Below, piece by piece: positions 27,881 through 37,461 of a DNA stretch of 64,000 bases (the stretch's first letter is position 1; each line of letters opens with the position of its first letter). A program made the translations under genes and the position numbers. The DNA is from an uncultured delta proteobacterium. Its GTDB lineage: Bacteria; Myxococcota_A; UBA9160. The notes beneath the pieces are model-generated. The model saw only the letters and a list, made by a program, of their open reading frames with translations. It did not search any database and was not told where the DNA came from. The stretch lies in assembly GCA_963773895.1 (NCBI GenBank), contig CAVZDA010000009.1:2814933-2878932 (forward strand), read 5' to 3'.

Positions 27881-28735
27881 GTGGCTGAGCCCCCCGCGGC
27901 GCAGAGCGCGGCCGCACGCATCGACGCGCTCCTCGCCCGAGCGGCGCGCCAGCTGGCCGCCGGCGAAGCCATCGCCGCGCCGATCCTCGGCGACGACGCC
28001 TCGCTCGGCGCCGAGGCCAAGCGCCTGCGACCCGAGCTCGAGGCGCTCGTCGGGCGCCCCTATGGCCCGCTCCCGCGCATCCGCTACCGGCACGGCCTCG
28101 AGGCGCGCCTCGCGGGGCCCTGGAGCCAGTACCTGACGCTCGGCGTCGGCGCGACGCGCACCGTGCGGATGACCTCCTGGGAGGTGTCGCGGCCCGCGAT
28201 CCCGACGATCCTCGCGCACGAGCTCGCGCACCGGTACTCGTTCGACGAGTCCGTGACGACGCTGCGCGGGCTCGAGGTGTCGGCGCGGCTCGGGGAGCGC
28301 GGCGACGCGCTGCATGCCCGCAGCGCCCGGCTCGAGCTCGCGCGGCTCGCCCTCGGTGCGGCGATGGCCGAGGTCCTGCGGGGCGGTCCGGCGGGCGCGG
28401 TCGAGGCGTTCTTCGCGGCGCACGCCGACCGGGCGGCGCTCGCCCGCGCAGGGGCGCACTGGGCGGCCGTGCGGCGCCGAGCCGCAGCGGGCCGCGGACC
28501 CGATTGCGTGACCCTCGTCTACGCCGACGTCCCGTGCCGCGCCCTCGAGGCCGCGTGCGCGGCGGGTCTCCCCGATTCGGCGCCCCTCCCGTTTCCCCGG
28601 TTCCCCGTCGATTCCGCGCAGGCCGCGCTCGTGGTCGGCTACACCGCCGTCGACGCGCTCCTCGGCCGCCGCACGGCCCGGGTGCCCCTCGAAGCCACGC
28701 AGAGGCTCTGGAGGGGGCTCGCCGGATCGGTCTGA
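27881..28735 (+). CDS. Hypothetical protein with an HExxH zinc-metallopeptidase-like motif
   Basis: The only recognisable motif is ILAHELAHRY. The composition is coding-like. The start is GTG. Confidence 0.4.
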   Translation: MAEPPAAQSAAARIDALLARAARQLAAGEAIAAPILGDDASLGAEAKRLRPELEALVGRPYGPLPRIRYRHGLEARLAGPWSQYLTLGVGATRTVRMTSWEVSRPAIPTILAHELAHRYSFDESVTTLRGLEVSARLGERGDALHARSARLELARLALGAAMAEVLRGGPAGAVEAFFAAHADRAALARAGAHWAAVRRRAAAGRGPDCVTLVYADVPCRALEAACAAGLPDSAPLPFPRFPVDSAQAALVVGYTAVDALLGRRTARVPLEATQRLWRGLAGSV

Positions 28736-28756
28736 TGCGTTAACCTGCCCGGCCTC

Positions 28757-30847
28757 ATGGCCCAGGACATCTCCCGCATCCGCAACATCGGCATCAGCGC
28801 CCACATCGATTCGGGCAAGACCACGCTCACCGAGCGCGTCCTCTACTACACGAAGCGGATCCACCGGATCCACGAGGTGAAGGGCAAGGACAACGTCGGC
28901 GCGACGATGGACTTCATGGAGCTGGAGAAGGAGCGCGGCATCACGATCACGTCCGCCGCGACCTACTGCACCTGGAACGACCACCAGATCAACATCATCG
29001 ACACCCCCGGCCACGTGGACTTCACGATCGAGGTCGAGCGCTCCCTGCGGGTGCTCGACGGGGCGATCCTCGTGCTGTGCGGCGTCGCGGGCGTCCAGTC
29101 GCAGTCCATGACGGTCGACCGGCAGATGCGCCGGTACAAGGTCCCCCGCCTCGCGTTCATCAACAAGCTCGACCGCTCCGGCGCGAACCCCTACAAGGTC
29201 ACCGACCAGCTGCGCGAGAAGCTGAAGCTGAACGCGGTGATGCTGCAGCTCCCGATCGGCCTGGAGGCGGACCACGCGGGCGTGATCGACCTCGTGACGA
29301 TGAAGGCCGTCTACTTCGACGGCGACAACGGCGAGAACGTGCGCGAGGAGGAGATCCCCGCGGCGATGCAGGACGAGGCGAACGCGGCCCGCGAGAACAT
29401 GCTCGACGCGGTGTCGATGTTCTCCGACGAGCTCACCGAGGCGATCCTCGAGGGTCAGGTCACCGAGAAGCTGATCCACGAGGCCGTCCGGAAGGGCACG
29501 CTCGCGCTCGGGCTGGTCCCCGTGTTCATGGGCTCGGCCTACAAGAACCGCGGCGTCCAGAAGCTGCTCGACGCGGTGACCCTGTACCTTCCGTGCCCGA
29601 CCGACGTCGAGAACACGGGCGTGGATCTCTCGAACGACGAAGCGCCGCTCGTGCTCTCGAGCGACCCGCAGAAGCCGCTCGTCTCGCTCGCGTTCAAGCT
29701 CGACGAGGGCCGCTACGGCCAGCTCACGTACCTGCGCGTCTACCAGGGCACGATCGCGAAGGGCTCGAGCATCGTGAACAGCCGCACGAAGCGCCGGCAC
29801 AAGGTCGGCCGCCTCGTGCGCATGCACGCCGACTCGATGGAGGACATCACGGAGTCGCTGGCCGGCGACATCGTGGCCCTCTTCGGCATCGACTGCGCCT
29901 CGGGCGACACCTTCACCGACGAATCGGTGCAGATCGCGATGAGCTCGATGCACGTGCCCGCGCCCGTGATCTCGCTCTCGATCAAGCCGAAGGACAACGC
30001 GTCGTCGGACAACATGGGCAAGGCCCTCGGCCGCTTCACCCGCGAGGACCCGACCTTCCACGCCGGCGTGGACGACGAGAGCGGCGAGACCGTGATCTCC
30101 GGCATGGGCGAGCTGCACCTCGACGTGTACGTGGAGCGCATGAAGCGCGAGTACAACGTCGAGGTCGTCACGGGCGCGCCCCAGGTGGCCTACCGCGAGA
30201 CGATCTCCCAGCGCGCGGACTATCTGTACACGCACAAGAAGCAGACGGGCGGCTCGGGCCAGTACGCGAAGATCGGCGGCTACGTGGAGCCCCTGCCCGA
30301 CGGCGCGGACTTCGAGTTCGTGAACGAGGTGCGCGGCGGCGCGATCCCGACGGAGTTCATCCCGTCGGTGGAGAAGGGCTTCCGCTCGGCGATCGACAAG
30401 GGCCGGCTCATCGGGTTCCCGGTGATCGGCGTGCGCGCCGTGGTGAACGACGGCCAGTCGCACGCCGTCGACTCCTCGGACATGGCGTTCCAGATCTGCG
30501 CGCGGAGCGCCTTCCGCGAGGTCTATCCGCGGGCGAAGCCGATCATCCTCGAGCCCATGATGAAGGTGGCGATCGAGGGGCCGACGGAGTTCCAGGGCCA
30601 GTACCTGAAGACCGTGCTCCAGCGCCGCGGCATGGTCGTCGGCACCACCGAGGAGGACGGCTTCTGCCGCGTCGAGGCCGAGGTGCCCCTCGCCGAGATG
30701 TTCGGCTACGCCACCGACCTCCGGTCGGTGTCGCAGGGCAAGGCCGAGTTCACGATGGAGTTCGCGCGTTACGTCCCGGCGCCTGCCGAGGTGACGAAGG
30801 CGCTGATCGAGAAGTACGGCTCGAAGCTCAAGGCCGACGAGGAATAG
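28757..30847 (+). CDS. fusA: Elongation factor G (paralogous copy, EF-G2-like, outside the str operon)
   Basis: The G1 to G4 motifs are present ([21 protein letters not shown]). Domains II to V are clear. It is not flanked by rpsL, rpsG or tuf. Confidence 0.9.
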   Translation: MAQDISRIRNIGISAHIDSGKTTLTERVLYYTKRIHRIHEVKGKDNVGATMDFMELEKERGITITSAATYCTWNDHQINIIDTPGHVDFTIEVERSLRVLDGAILVLCGVAGVQSQSMTVDRQMRRYKVPRLAFINKLDRSGANPYKVTDQLREKLKLNAVMLQLPIGLEADHAGVIDLVTMKAVYFDGDNGENVREEEIPAAMQDEANAARENMLDAVSMFSDELTEAILEGQVTEKLIHEAVRKGTLALGLVPVFMGSAYKNRGVQKLLDAVTLYLPCPTDVENTGVDLSNDEAPLVLSSDPQKPLVSLAFKLDEGRYGQLTYLRVYQGTIAKGSSIVNSRTKRRHKVGRLVRMHADSMEDITESLAGDIVALFGIDCASGDTFTDESVQIAMSSMHVPAPVISLSIKPKDNASSDNMGKALGRFTREDPTFHAGVDDESGETVISGMGELHLDVYVERMKREYNVEVVTGAPQVAYRETISQRADYLYTHKKQTGGSGQYAKIGGYVEPLPDGADFEFVNEVRGGAIPTEFIPSVEKGFRSAIDKGRLIGFPVIGVRAVVNDGQSHAVDSSDMAFQICARSAFREVYPRAKPIILEPMMKVAIEGPTEFQGQYLKTVLQRRGMVVGTTEEDGFCRVEAEVPLAEMFGYATDLRSVSQGKAEFTMEFARYVPAPAEVTKALIEKYGSKLKADEE

Positions 30848-30890
30848 GCGCGCGCGCCGATCTCCCGCGGCAGGGAAGGCACCCGAGGCG

Positions 30891-31580
30891 ATGTATCGCA
30901 AGTTCGTGAACGCACGCAGCCCGCTCCGCCTGCTCGAGCAGGGCCTCCACGGAGGGCTCGGTCGGGGCAACCTCGGCGTCGTGCTCGCCGGCCACGGCGT
31001 GGGCAAGACGTCCTTCCTCGTCTGCGTGGCGCTCGACGAGCTGCTCCGCGACCAGGTCGTGCTGCACGTCTCGCTGGGGGACGGCGTCTCGCACGTGCGT
31101 GCCTACTACGACACGGTGTTCGACGAGCTCGCGGCGAGCACGCACCTCGAGAACCCGGCAGGGACGCGCGCCGAGATCGACCGCCGCCGCAGCATCCGCG
31201 CGTATCCCGCGTCGGCGTTCAGCGCGGCCAAGCTCCGGGAGGCGATCAAGATCGAGGGCGAGGCGGGAGCCCAGCCGGCGCTCGTGATCGTCGAGGGCTA
31301 CGAGCTGGGCGGCACCGACGCCGGCGAGCTCCGCGAGCTGAAGGCGCTGGCCCGCGAGCTCGACGCCGAGCTCTGGCTCTCCGTGGCCTGTCCGGACGAC
31401 CGCGTGCAGATCGTGCCGGCGTCCCTCCAGGCCGTCGGGGACACCGTGAGCGTCATCCTGTCGCTCGAGCCCTCGAACGGCACCGTGGCCCTGCGCGCCC
31501 TCAAGGACCACGACAACCGCGACGTGTCGGCCCTCCGCGTCTCCCTCGACCCGCGCACGCTGCTCCTCGTCCGGAGCTAG
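30891..31580 (+). CDS. RecA-superfamily ATPase (KaiC/GvpD/RAD55-like), hypothetical
   Basis: There is a Walker A (GHGVGKTSFL) and a Walker B-like LVIVEGYE. The protein is 229 aa. Confidence 0.45.
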   Translation: MYRKFVNARSPLRLLEQGLHGGLGRGNLGVVLAGHGVGKTSFLVCVALDELLRDQVVLHVSLGDGVSHVRAYYDTVFDELAASTHLENPAGTRAEIDRRRSIRAYPASAFSAAKLREAIKIEGEAGAQPALVIVEGYELGGTDAGELRELKALARELDAELWLSVACPDDRVQIVPASLQAVGDTVSVILSLEPSNGTVALRALKDHDNRDVSALRVSLDPRTLLLVRS

Positions 31581-32425
31581 CCCCGCCGCCTCCGCCCGCC
31601 GTCCGCGCGCGAATCGGCGTTGCGGTAGACCATCGCGACCGCGGCCTCGGGCGTCAGCACGCGGAAGGCGAGGCTCTCGATGAAGAAGAGCCGCACGCTG
31701 CGCTCCGAGTGGCCCGCGTATCCGATCGACAGGTCCTGCCCCACCGTCAGCTCGAAGTCGCTGCCGCGCGTGCTCATCACGAGCGCGCCGTTCACCGCCG
31801 GGGCCCAGACGAGCGGCCCGTCGACGGCGCGGCGGACGATCTCGAGGATCGGATAGCCGCCGCTCGCGGTCGCCTGGATCAGCCCCGCGTAGCAGCGTGG
31901 ACCGAGGGCGATGGCGTAGGGCCCGTCGACGCCCGCGTTGCGCAGCAGCCGGGTCGCGGAGGCGACCGCTCGCGGATAGAGCTCGAAGTCGTCCTCCAAC
32001 GCGACGGCGGCGTGCGGAGAGCGCTCGTCGATGCCCGAGATGCCGCCCGCGGCATAGCCGTGGAAGACCGCCGTGTCCTCGGCGCGGGCGATGCGCTTCG
32101 CGGCTTCCTGCAGGGCGCCCAGGTCGGGGTCCGCCGCGCCGCGGTCGATCGCGTCGAGCTCGGCGCGGGAGAGCTCGAACTCGGCGCGCAGCTCGACGAG
32201 CGCCAGCGCTTCGCGCCGGGTGGCGGCCACGCCCTCGAGCGGTGCGGTCCGGAGGGCCTCGACGCGCCCCGTGTTCACGCTCGCCGCCTCGAGGCCGAGG
32301 GGCCCCTCGAAGTCGACCAGCCTGCGCGCAGCGAGGTGCGTCTTCAGCACCCGGCGGGCCTCGTCGTCGAGGGCCTGCCAGCCGCGGGGCGAGATCGGCG
32401 CGAGGTCGCGGTGCAGGAGGCTCAC
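31577..32425 (-). CDS. Family 1 encapsulin nanocompartment shell protein (Linocin M18 / HK97 fold)
   Basis: The GTG start overlaps the stop of the cargo gene (GTGA). The N-terminus HRDLAPISPRGWQALDDEARRVLKTHLAARRLVDF and the C-terminus FRVLTPEAAVAMVY are both typical of encapsulins. Confidence 0.85.
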   Translation of the reverse strand: MSLLHRDLAPISPRGWQALDDEARRVLKTHLAARRLVDFEGPLGLEAASVNTGRVEALRTAPLEGVAATRREALALVELRAEFELSRAELDAIDRGAADPDLGALQEAAKRIARAEDTAVFHGYAAGGISGIDERSPHAAVALEDDFELYPRAVASATRLLRNAGVDGPYAIALGPRCYAGLIQATASGGYPILEIVRRAVDGPLVWAPAVNGALVMSTRGSDFELTVGQDLSIGYAGHSERSVRLFFIESLAFRVLTPEAAVAMVYRNADSRADGGRRRRG

Positions 32426-32802
32426 AGCGCGCTCCCTCCCTTCAAGCTCCCGATGCCCAGCGACGCGTCGGCCTGGGCCGCGGACGCCTCGCCGCCTGCC
32501 TTCGCGGCCTGCTCGCGCGCCACGATCGACCCGCTCGCGAACAGGCGCTCGCGCAGCTCGGCGTCGAACTTGGGATCGCGCCGGCGGATCCACTCGAGGG
32601 CCATCACGAAGTGCTCCTTCTCCTCGTCGCGGTTGTGGGCCAGGATCTCCCGCAGCTCGGGATCGGTCGCCGCGTCGACCCGCTGGTCGTACCAGTCGGC
32701 GGCCTCGAGCTCCTCCATCATCGACGCGAGCGCGCGATGGCGGTCCTTCGTCTCCTCGCGGAGCTTGTCCTCGTTCTCGTGGTATCCGGCCGAATTCGCC
32801 AT
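32422..32802 (-). CDS. Ferritin-like/rubrerythrin-like encapsulin cargo protein with a C-terminal targeting peptide
   Basis: The four-helix ferritin-like di-iron motifs are present (EEL...E..H, DEEKEHF). The C-terminus is SLGIGSLKGGSAL, matching the GSLKG-type encapsulin targeting peptide. It lies directly upstream of the shell gene. Confidence 0.8.
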   Translation of the reverse strand: MANSAGYHENEDKLREETKDRHRALASMMEELEAADWYDQRVDAATDPELREILAHNRDEEKEHFVMALEWIRRRDPKFDAELRERLFASGSIVAREQAAKAGGEASAAQADASLGIGSLKGGSAL

Positions 32803-32814
32803 GGCAGCTCCCTC

Positions 32815-33012
32815 CTACCGGTGGCCCAGCCGGCGCGCGATCATCTCCCGCAACGCCGACGCGTACACCAGCCCCGTCGTCACCGGAGCGGGCTTCGGCT
32901 TCTTCGGTGTGGCCGTCCGCTTCGACGTCGTGGTCTTCGTCTTGCGCGCCGTCGTGGCCGTCTGCTTCTTCACCGCCGCCTTCTTCTTCGCCGTCTTCTT
33001 CCTGGCCGCCAT
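32815..33012 (-). CDS. Small Lys/Thr/Ala-rich (histone H1-like) protein, first gene of the encapsulin operon
   Basis: An ATG follows a GGGAGGG RBS. The 65-aa product is MAARKKTAKKKAAVKKQTATTARKTKTTTSKRTATPKKPKPAPVTTGLVYASALREMIARRLGHR. There is a 12-nt gap to the cargo gene. Confidence 0.45.
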   Translation of the reverse strand: MAARKKTAKKKAAVKKQTATTARKTKTTTSKRTATPKKPKPAPVTTGLVYASALREMIARRLGHR

Positions 33013-33067
33013 CGAGCCCTCCCTTGGATGATTCGTCCTCCGAACGTTCGTAGCGTAGCCTTCCCGC

Positions 33068-34525
33068 ATGTCGGAAGCGCAGGGGGGGGCGGGGCCGCCG
33101 CGCGGCGTGAAGATCGTGTGCACGCTGGGACCCGCCACGTCCGACGCCGCTGCGATCGGCGCGCTCGTGAGGGCGGGCATGAACGTCGCGCGGCTCAACT
33201 TCTCGCACGGGACGTATGCGGAGCACGCGGAGCGCGCGCGCCTCGTGCGCGAGGCCGCGCGCGCCGAAGGGCGCCCCGTCGCGCTGCTCCAGGACCTGCG
33301 CGGGCCCAAGGTGCGGATCGGGCCGATGGCGGAGGACACCGTCGTCGTCACCGATGCTCCGTTCGACCTGGTTCGCGGGCCGGGGGAGGGCGACGCGCAG
33401 CGGGCGTACGTGGACGACGGGCTCTTCTTCGAGGAGGTGCGCGCGGGCGATCCGCTGCTCCTCGCCGACGGCGCGGTCTCGCTCGCGGTCGAGACGGTCG
33501 ACGCGGTGGGCGCGCGCTGCCGCGTCGTCGCGGGGGGAGCGCTCTCGTCGAGGAAGGGCATCAACGTGCCCCGCGGCCTGCTGCGGCGGCCGGTGCTGGG
33601 CGACGCCGACCGCGCGGCGCTCGCGTTCGGCACGCGCATCGGCGTCGATCTCGTGGGCGTGTCCTACGTCCGGAGCCCGGACGACCTGCGGAGCGTGCGC
33701 CGGGCGCTGCGCGAGCTCGACGCTGCCACGCCGCTCGTCGCGAAGATCGAGACCGCGGCGGCGATCGCGGGGCTCGACGCGATTCTCGAGGTGACGGACG
33801 CGGTGCTCGTGGCGCGCGGCGACCTCTCGCTCGAGACCCCGTTCGAGCGCGTCCCGCTCGAGCAGAAGCGCATCCTCGAGGCCGCGCGGCGGCGCGGCCG
33901 CCCGTCCATCACCGCGACGCAGATGCTGATGTCGATGGTGCGCGACCCGCTGCCGACGCGCGCCGAGGTGAACGACGTCGCGAACGCCGTGCTCGACGGA
34001 ACGGACGCCGTGATGCTCTCCGAGGAGACGGCCGTGGGCGCCCACCCCGCGCATGTGGTCGAGACGATGGCGCGCATCGCGTCCTATACCGAGCGAGGTC
34101 ATTCGCACCCCCTCCGCGGGTCGGCCGGGCTCTCGGCGGACCTCGCCGAGCTCGGCGTCGTGGCGGAGGCAGCCGCCCGGACGGCGCGCGAGGTGTCGGC
34201 GCGGGCCGTGATCGCGTGGTCGCGCGGCGGGCTCGCGGCGCGGCTCCTCTCGCGCGCGGGACCGGGCGTCCCGATCGTGGCGCCGACGCCGAGCCCGGCG
34301 ACGGCGCGCACCCTGGCGCTGGTGCGCGACGTGACGCCGATCGAGGTCGAGGCCGACACCGTCGACCCCGCCGCGGTGCGCGCCGTGCTCGGCGCCGCGG
34401 CCGGCGATGAGGGGAACGTCGTGGTGTTCGGACACGACCTCGACGGCGCCGGGCGGCGGATGGCGTGGCTGCGGGTCGCGCGGCTCGACGAGCCTTCGGG
34501 CTGGGCGCGCGATCCGAAGGTCTAG
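33068..34525 (+). CDS. pyk: Pyruvate kinase
   Basis: KIVCTLGPAT, NVARLNFSHG, the conserved MVARGDLS motif and the K+/Mg sites are all present. Confidence 0.9.
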   Translation: MSEAQGGAGPPRGVKIVCTLGPATSDAAAIGALVRAGMNVARLNFSHGTYAEHAERARLVREAARAEGRPVALLQDLRGPKVRIGPMAEDTVVVTDAPFDLVRGPGEGDAQRAYVDDGLFFEEVRAGDPLLLADGAVSLAVETVDAVGARCRVVAGGALSSRKGINVPRGLLRRPVLGDADRAALAFGTRIGVDLVGVSYVRSPDDLRSVRRALRELDAATPLVAKIETAAAIAGLDAILEVTDAVLVARGDLSLETPFERVPLEQKRILEAARRRGRPSITATQMLMSMVRDPLPTRAEVNDVANAVLDGTDAVMLSEETAVGAHPAHVVETMARIASYTERGHSHPLRGSAGLSADLAELGVVAEAAARTAREVSARAVIAWSRGGLAARLLSRAGPGVPIVAPTPSPATARTLALVRDVTPIEVEADTVDPAAVRAVLGAAAGDEGNVVVFGHDLDGAGRRMAWLRVARLDEPSGWARDPKV

Positions 34526-34583
34526 TCGCGGATCGAAGCTCGGGCTCCTCGCGGATGACGCGCTCGCCGCGAGCGACGGCCCG

Positions 34584-35129
34584 CTACTTCCCGACCGGCT
34601 TCTGGAGGACCGCGAGCTTGTCGCGCCAGGCGGCGCGCTCGGCGATCACGTGCTCGCGTGGGAAGCCGAGCTCCTCGCCGATCGCGACCACCTCGGCGCT
34701 CTCCTGCGAGGAGATCGATCCGTCGGCAGCGGCGACGGCGAAGAGGCAGCGCAGCAGCTGGAGGCGCTGCTCCGGCGTCGAGATCCTGTGGAACTCGCGC
34801 GTGACGACGTAGTTCTCGGTGGCGCCGAGTATGCGGGCCTGCGACTTCGCGATCTCGACCGCGAGCGCCGCGACGGCGGGGGGCAGCTGGCCGACCTCGC
34901 CCACGAGTCGCTCCATCTCCGCCGTCTCCGAGTCGGCGATGACGAGATCGCTCGACGCGACGCGCGCGAGCACGTACGCGAAGGCGGCCACGAAGCGCGC
35001 GTTCTCCGGCGGCAGGGCGTCGAGGCGCGCTGCGATGCGGCGCACGGTCGCGGTGTCCCCGGCGTCGTCGCGCGCGCCGGACCCGAGGCCGAGGAAGCGG
35101 AGGAAGGACACGCGCGCAGGATCCCGCAT
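34584..35129 (-). CDS. TerB-family (tellurite-resistance-like / DjlA N-domain-like) protein
   Basis: It has repeated helical modules with ISSQESAEVVAIGEELGF-type acidic motifs. The start ATG is MRDPARV. Confidence 0.5.
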   Translation of the reverse strand: MRDPARVSFLRFLGLGSGARDDAGDTATVRRIAARLDALPPENARFVAAFAYVLARVASSDLVIADSETAEMERLVGEVGQLPPAVAALAVEIAKSQARILGATENYVVTREFHRISTPEQRLQLLRCLFAVAAADGSISSQESAEVVAIGEELGFPREHVIAERAAWRDKLAVLQKPVGK

Positions 35130-35223
35130 CGCCGCGCGCGCGGCCAGACGCCCCTTCGGACCCTCGGATGCCGGGGGCCGCGCTCCGTGGCATCGTCCCC
35201 GGGATCCAACCGACGAGGACCCC

Positions 35224-36207
35224 ATGGAGACCGAGACCCTGCCCCGCGTGATCGCCTGGGAGACGCTCACCAAGAAGGCCTTCGACGCGCTCGACCGCTC
35301 GCAATGCGTCGTGCTGGCCACGTGCTCGCCCATGGAGGTGCACGGACCGCACCTTCCGTTCGGGACCGACGCCTTCGAGGGCGAGGCGCTCGCGCGCCGC
35401 GTGGTGCGCTTCCTGCCGGACCGGCACCGGGGCCGGACGTTCCTCGAGCTGCCGTTCGTCTTCGCCGCCGCCGACGTCGTGCCGCAGCCGGGCTCGCTCT
35501 CGTTCCGGCCGTCCACCATCACGCGCTTCCTGGAGGACATGGGCGGCTCGCTCGCGGCGCAGGGCTTCCGCGACGTCCTCGTGTCCAACTTCCACGGCGG
35601 CCCGCGACACTTCGTCGCGATCGAGCAGGCGTGTCATCGCGTGTCGCAGCGGCGCGGCATCCGGATGGTGTCGGTCTTCTCGCTGATGCTGTCGCGCCTC
35701 ACCGGCCCGGGCGAGAACCTGGAGGCGCTGATCGGCGCGCTCCCCGGCGTCCGGAAGGGGGACCTCGAGGGCGACACGCACGGCGGTCTCCTCGAGACGT
35801 CGCAGCTGCTCGCGCTCCACGGCGACCTCGTCGACCCCGAGTACAAGACGCTGCCGCGTCAGACCTTCGAGAGCTGGCTGGCGAAAGCGCAGGGCGGGCG
35901 CGCAGAGGCGCCGAAGGGCCGGCTCGCGGGCCTCGTCGCGATGATCCGCGCGTTCCGCGGCAACGTCCGCTTCTTCCAGGAGCAGACCTACTCGGGCGCC
36001 CCGGCGGGCGCCTCCGCGGAGCTCGGCGAGCGCATTCTCGACACGCTCGGCGGGAAGGCCGCCGACGCCGTGGCCGAGATCCTCGACGGCCGGCTCTCGC
36101 CGCTGGCCTGCCATTCACCGCTCTGGCCGTACCGCTTCTTCCTGCTCAATCCGGCCACGATCCGCCTGGCGGACCGCCTCCTCTCCTTCCGCAATCCGAT
36201 CGCTTGA
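35224..36207 (+). CDS. Creatininase-family amidohydrolase
   Basis: PMEVHGPHLPFGTDAFEGE metal-binding motifs of the creatinine amidohydrolase fold are present, with a downstream GDTHGG. Confidence 0.65.
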   Translation: METETLPRVIAWETLTKKAFDALDRSQCVVLATCSPMEVHGPHLPFGTDAFEGEALARRVVRFLPDRHRGRTFLELPFVFAAADVVPQPGSLSFRPSTITRFLEDMGGSLAAQGFRDVLVSNFHGGPRHFVAIEQACHRVSQRRGIRMVSVFSLMLSRLTGPGENLEALIGALPGVRKGDLEGDTHGGLLETSQLLALHGDLVDPEYKTLPRQTFESWLAKAQGGRAEAPKGRLAGLVAMIRAFRGNVRFFQEQTYSGAPAGASAELGERILDTLGGKAADAVAEILDGRLSPLACHSPLWPYRFFLLNPATIRLADRLLSFRNPIA

Positions 36208-36213
36208 TCGGGG

Positions 36214-36531
36214 GTGCAACCCGGCCCGATCTCCGGCATCCCAGACCCCGGGAAGGAGCACACGCTGCCGCCGGCAACCGACCGACCCCTGCTGACCTGC
36301 CGCGAGGTCCTCGACTTCCTGGCCGCCTATCTCGGCGAGGAGCTTCCCGAGGCCGAACGCGCGGAGTTCGATCGACACCTGCGCGTGTGCCGGGCGTGCG
36401 TGGACTACGTGGAGGGCTACCGGACGACCGTTGCGCTCGCCCGGGGCGAGACGCGAGAGGAGGAGCCGGCGGAGGCCGTGCCGGAGGAGCTCGTCGCGGC
36501 GATCCTCGCGAGCCGCCGTTCGCGCGCGTGA
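36214..36531 (+). CDS. ZAS-type zinc-finger anti-sigma factor (RsrA-like)
   Basis: An upstream Cys (LTCREVL) and FDRHLRVCRACVDYV give the C...H-x3-C-x2-C ZAS motif. The protein is 105 aa and acidic. Confidence 0.55.
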   Translation: MQPGPISGIPDPGKEHTLPPATDRPLLTCREVLDFLAAYLGEELPEAERAEFDRHLRVCRACVDYVEGYRTTVALARGETREEEPAEAVPEELVAAILASRRSRA

Positions 36532-36579
36532 CGGCCCGGCGCCGCGCCGAGCGGCGTCCCAGCCAGCGATCGCGCCCGC

Positions 36580-37437
36580 TCAGACGTCGAAGGAGTAGCC
36601 CTCGAGCGCAGGCAGCGCGTCCATCTCGCGGCGCACGCGCTCCAGCAGGGCGGGCGTCCACGGCACGTCCTTCCGGGTCTTGCGCGGCGAATCGAACACG
36701 ATGCTCGCGCAGGCGCGCAGGTAGTCCTCGCCCGGCTCGAGGCCGAGAAACCCGCAGAGCTCGGCGAGGCGCGCCTTCGGCTCCGCGATCAGGTCCTCGT
36801 GGCGCAGCTCGAAGAGCTCGCCCGGCGCGAGCTCGCCCGAGAGCGCGTGGATCGCGCGCGCCATCGAGAAGTAGTGCCCGATGGTGTAGTCGAGGGGCCT
36901 CCCGCGCCCGCTCTTCACGTGCATCGTGCTCATGTTGTCGAACGGGTTCCGCACCACGTGGATGAACTTCACCGGCACGCCGACGAGGCGGCGTAACCGA
37001 CCGAGCAGGTGGGGCTGCTTCTGGAGCTTGCGGATCGACGTGCCGCCCCGCTTGTCGCCGATCACGCGCAGCTCCGAGAACCGCCCGTGCCACTGGTCGG
37101 GGACGTGGTACGAGTAGCCCGTCCACTCGCGGCCGCGGGCGGTGAACTCGCGCGAGTTCTCGAGCAGGAGCCAGAAGAGCTGGTCGCGGCTGAAGTGGTA
37201 TCGCACGTAGCGGAGCGCGTGCTGCTCGTGCGCGATGATCGCGTGGGGGTGCGCGTCGAGGAGCGAGCCCACGAGGCTGTGGCCGCTGCGCGGGTAGCCC
37301 AGGAACATGCAGTACGTCCGCACCTTCGCGAACGCCTCCCGCTGGTCCGCGGCGCCGACGTACGAACGCAGGAATGTGTGGGCCAGGCGGGCCTTGGCCG
37401 AGATCGATTTCGGGATAGCCTTCGGGGCGAGCGCCAT
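36580..37437 (-). CDS. Sulfotransferase-family protein
   Basis: A PAPS-binding 5-PSB-like loop (LGYPRSGHSLVGSLL) and a 3-PB region (IHVVRNPFDNMST) are present. Confidence 0.65.
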   Translation of the reverse strand: MALAPKAIPKSISAKARLAHTFLRSYVGAADQREAFAKVRTYCMFLGYPRSGHSLVGSLLDAHPHAIIAHEQHALRYVRYHFSRDQLFWLLLENSREFTARGREWTGYSYHVPDQWHGRFSELRVIGDKRGGTSIRKLQKQPHLLGRLRRLVGVPVKFIHVVRNPFDNMSTMHVKSGRGRPLDYTIGHYFSMARAIHALSGELAPGELFELRHEDLIAEPKARLAELCGFLGLEPGEDYLRACASIVFDSPRKTRKDVPWTPALLERVRREMDALPALEGYSFDV

Positions 37438-37461
37438 TGCTGCCTCCGGGTCGGAGTGTAC

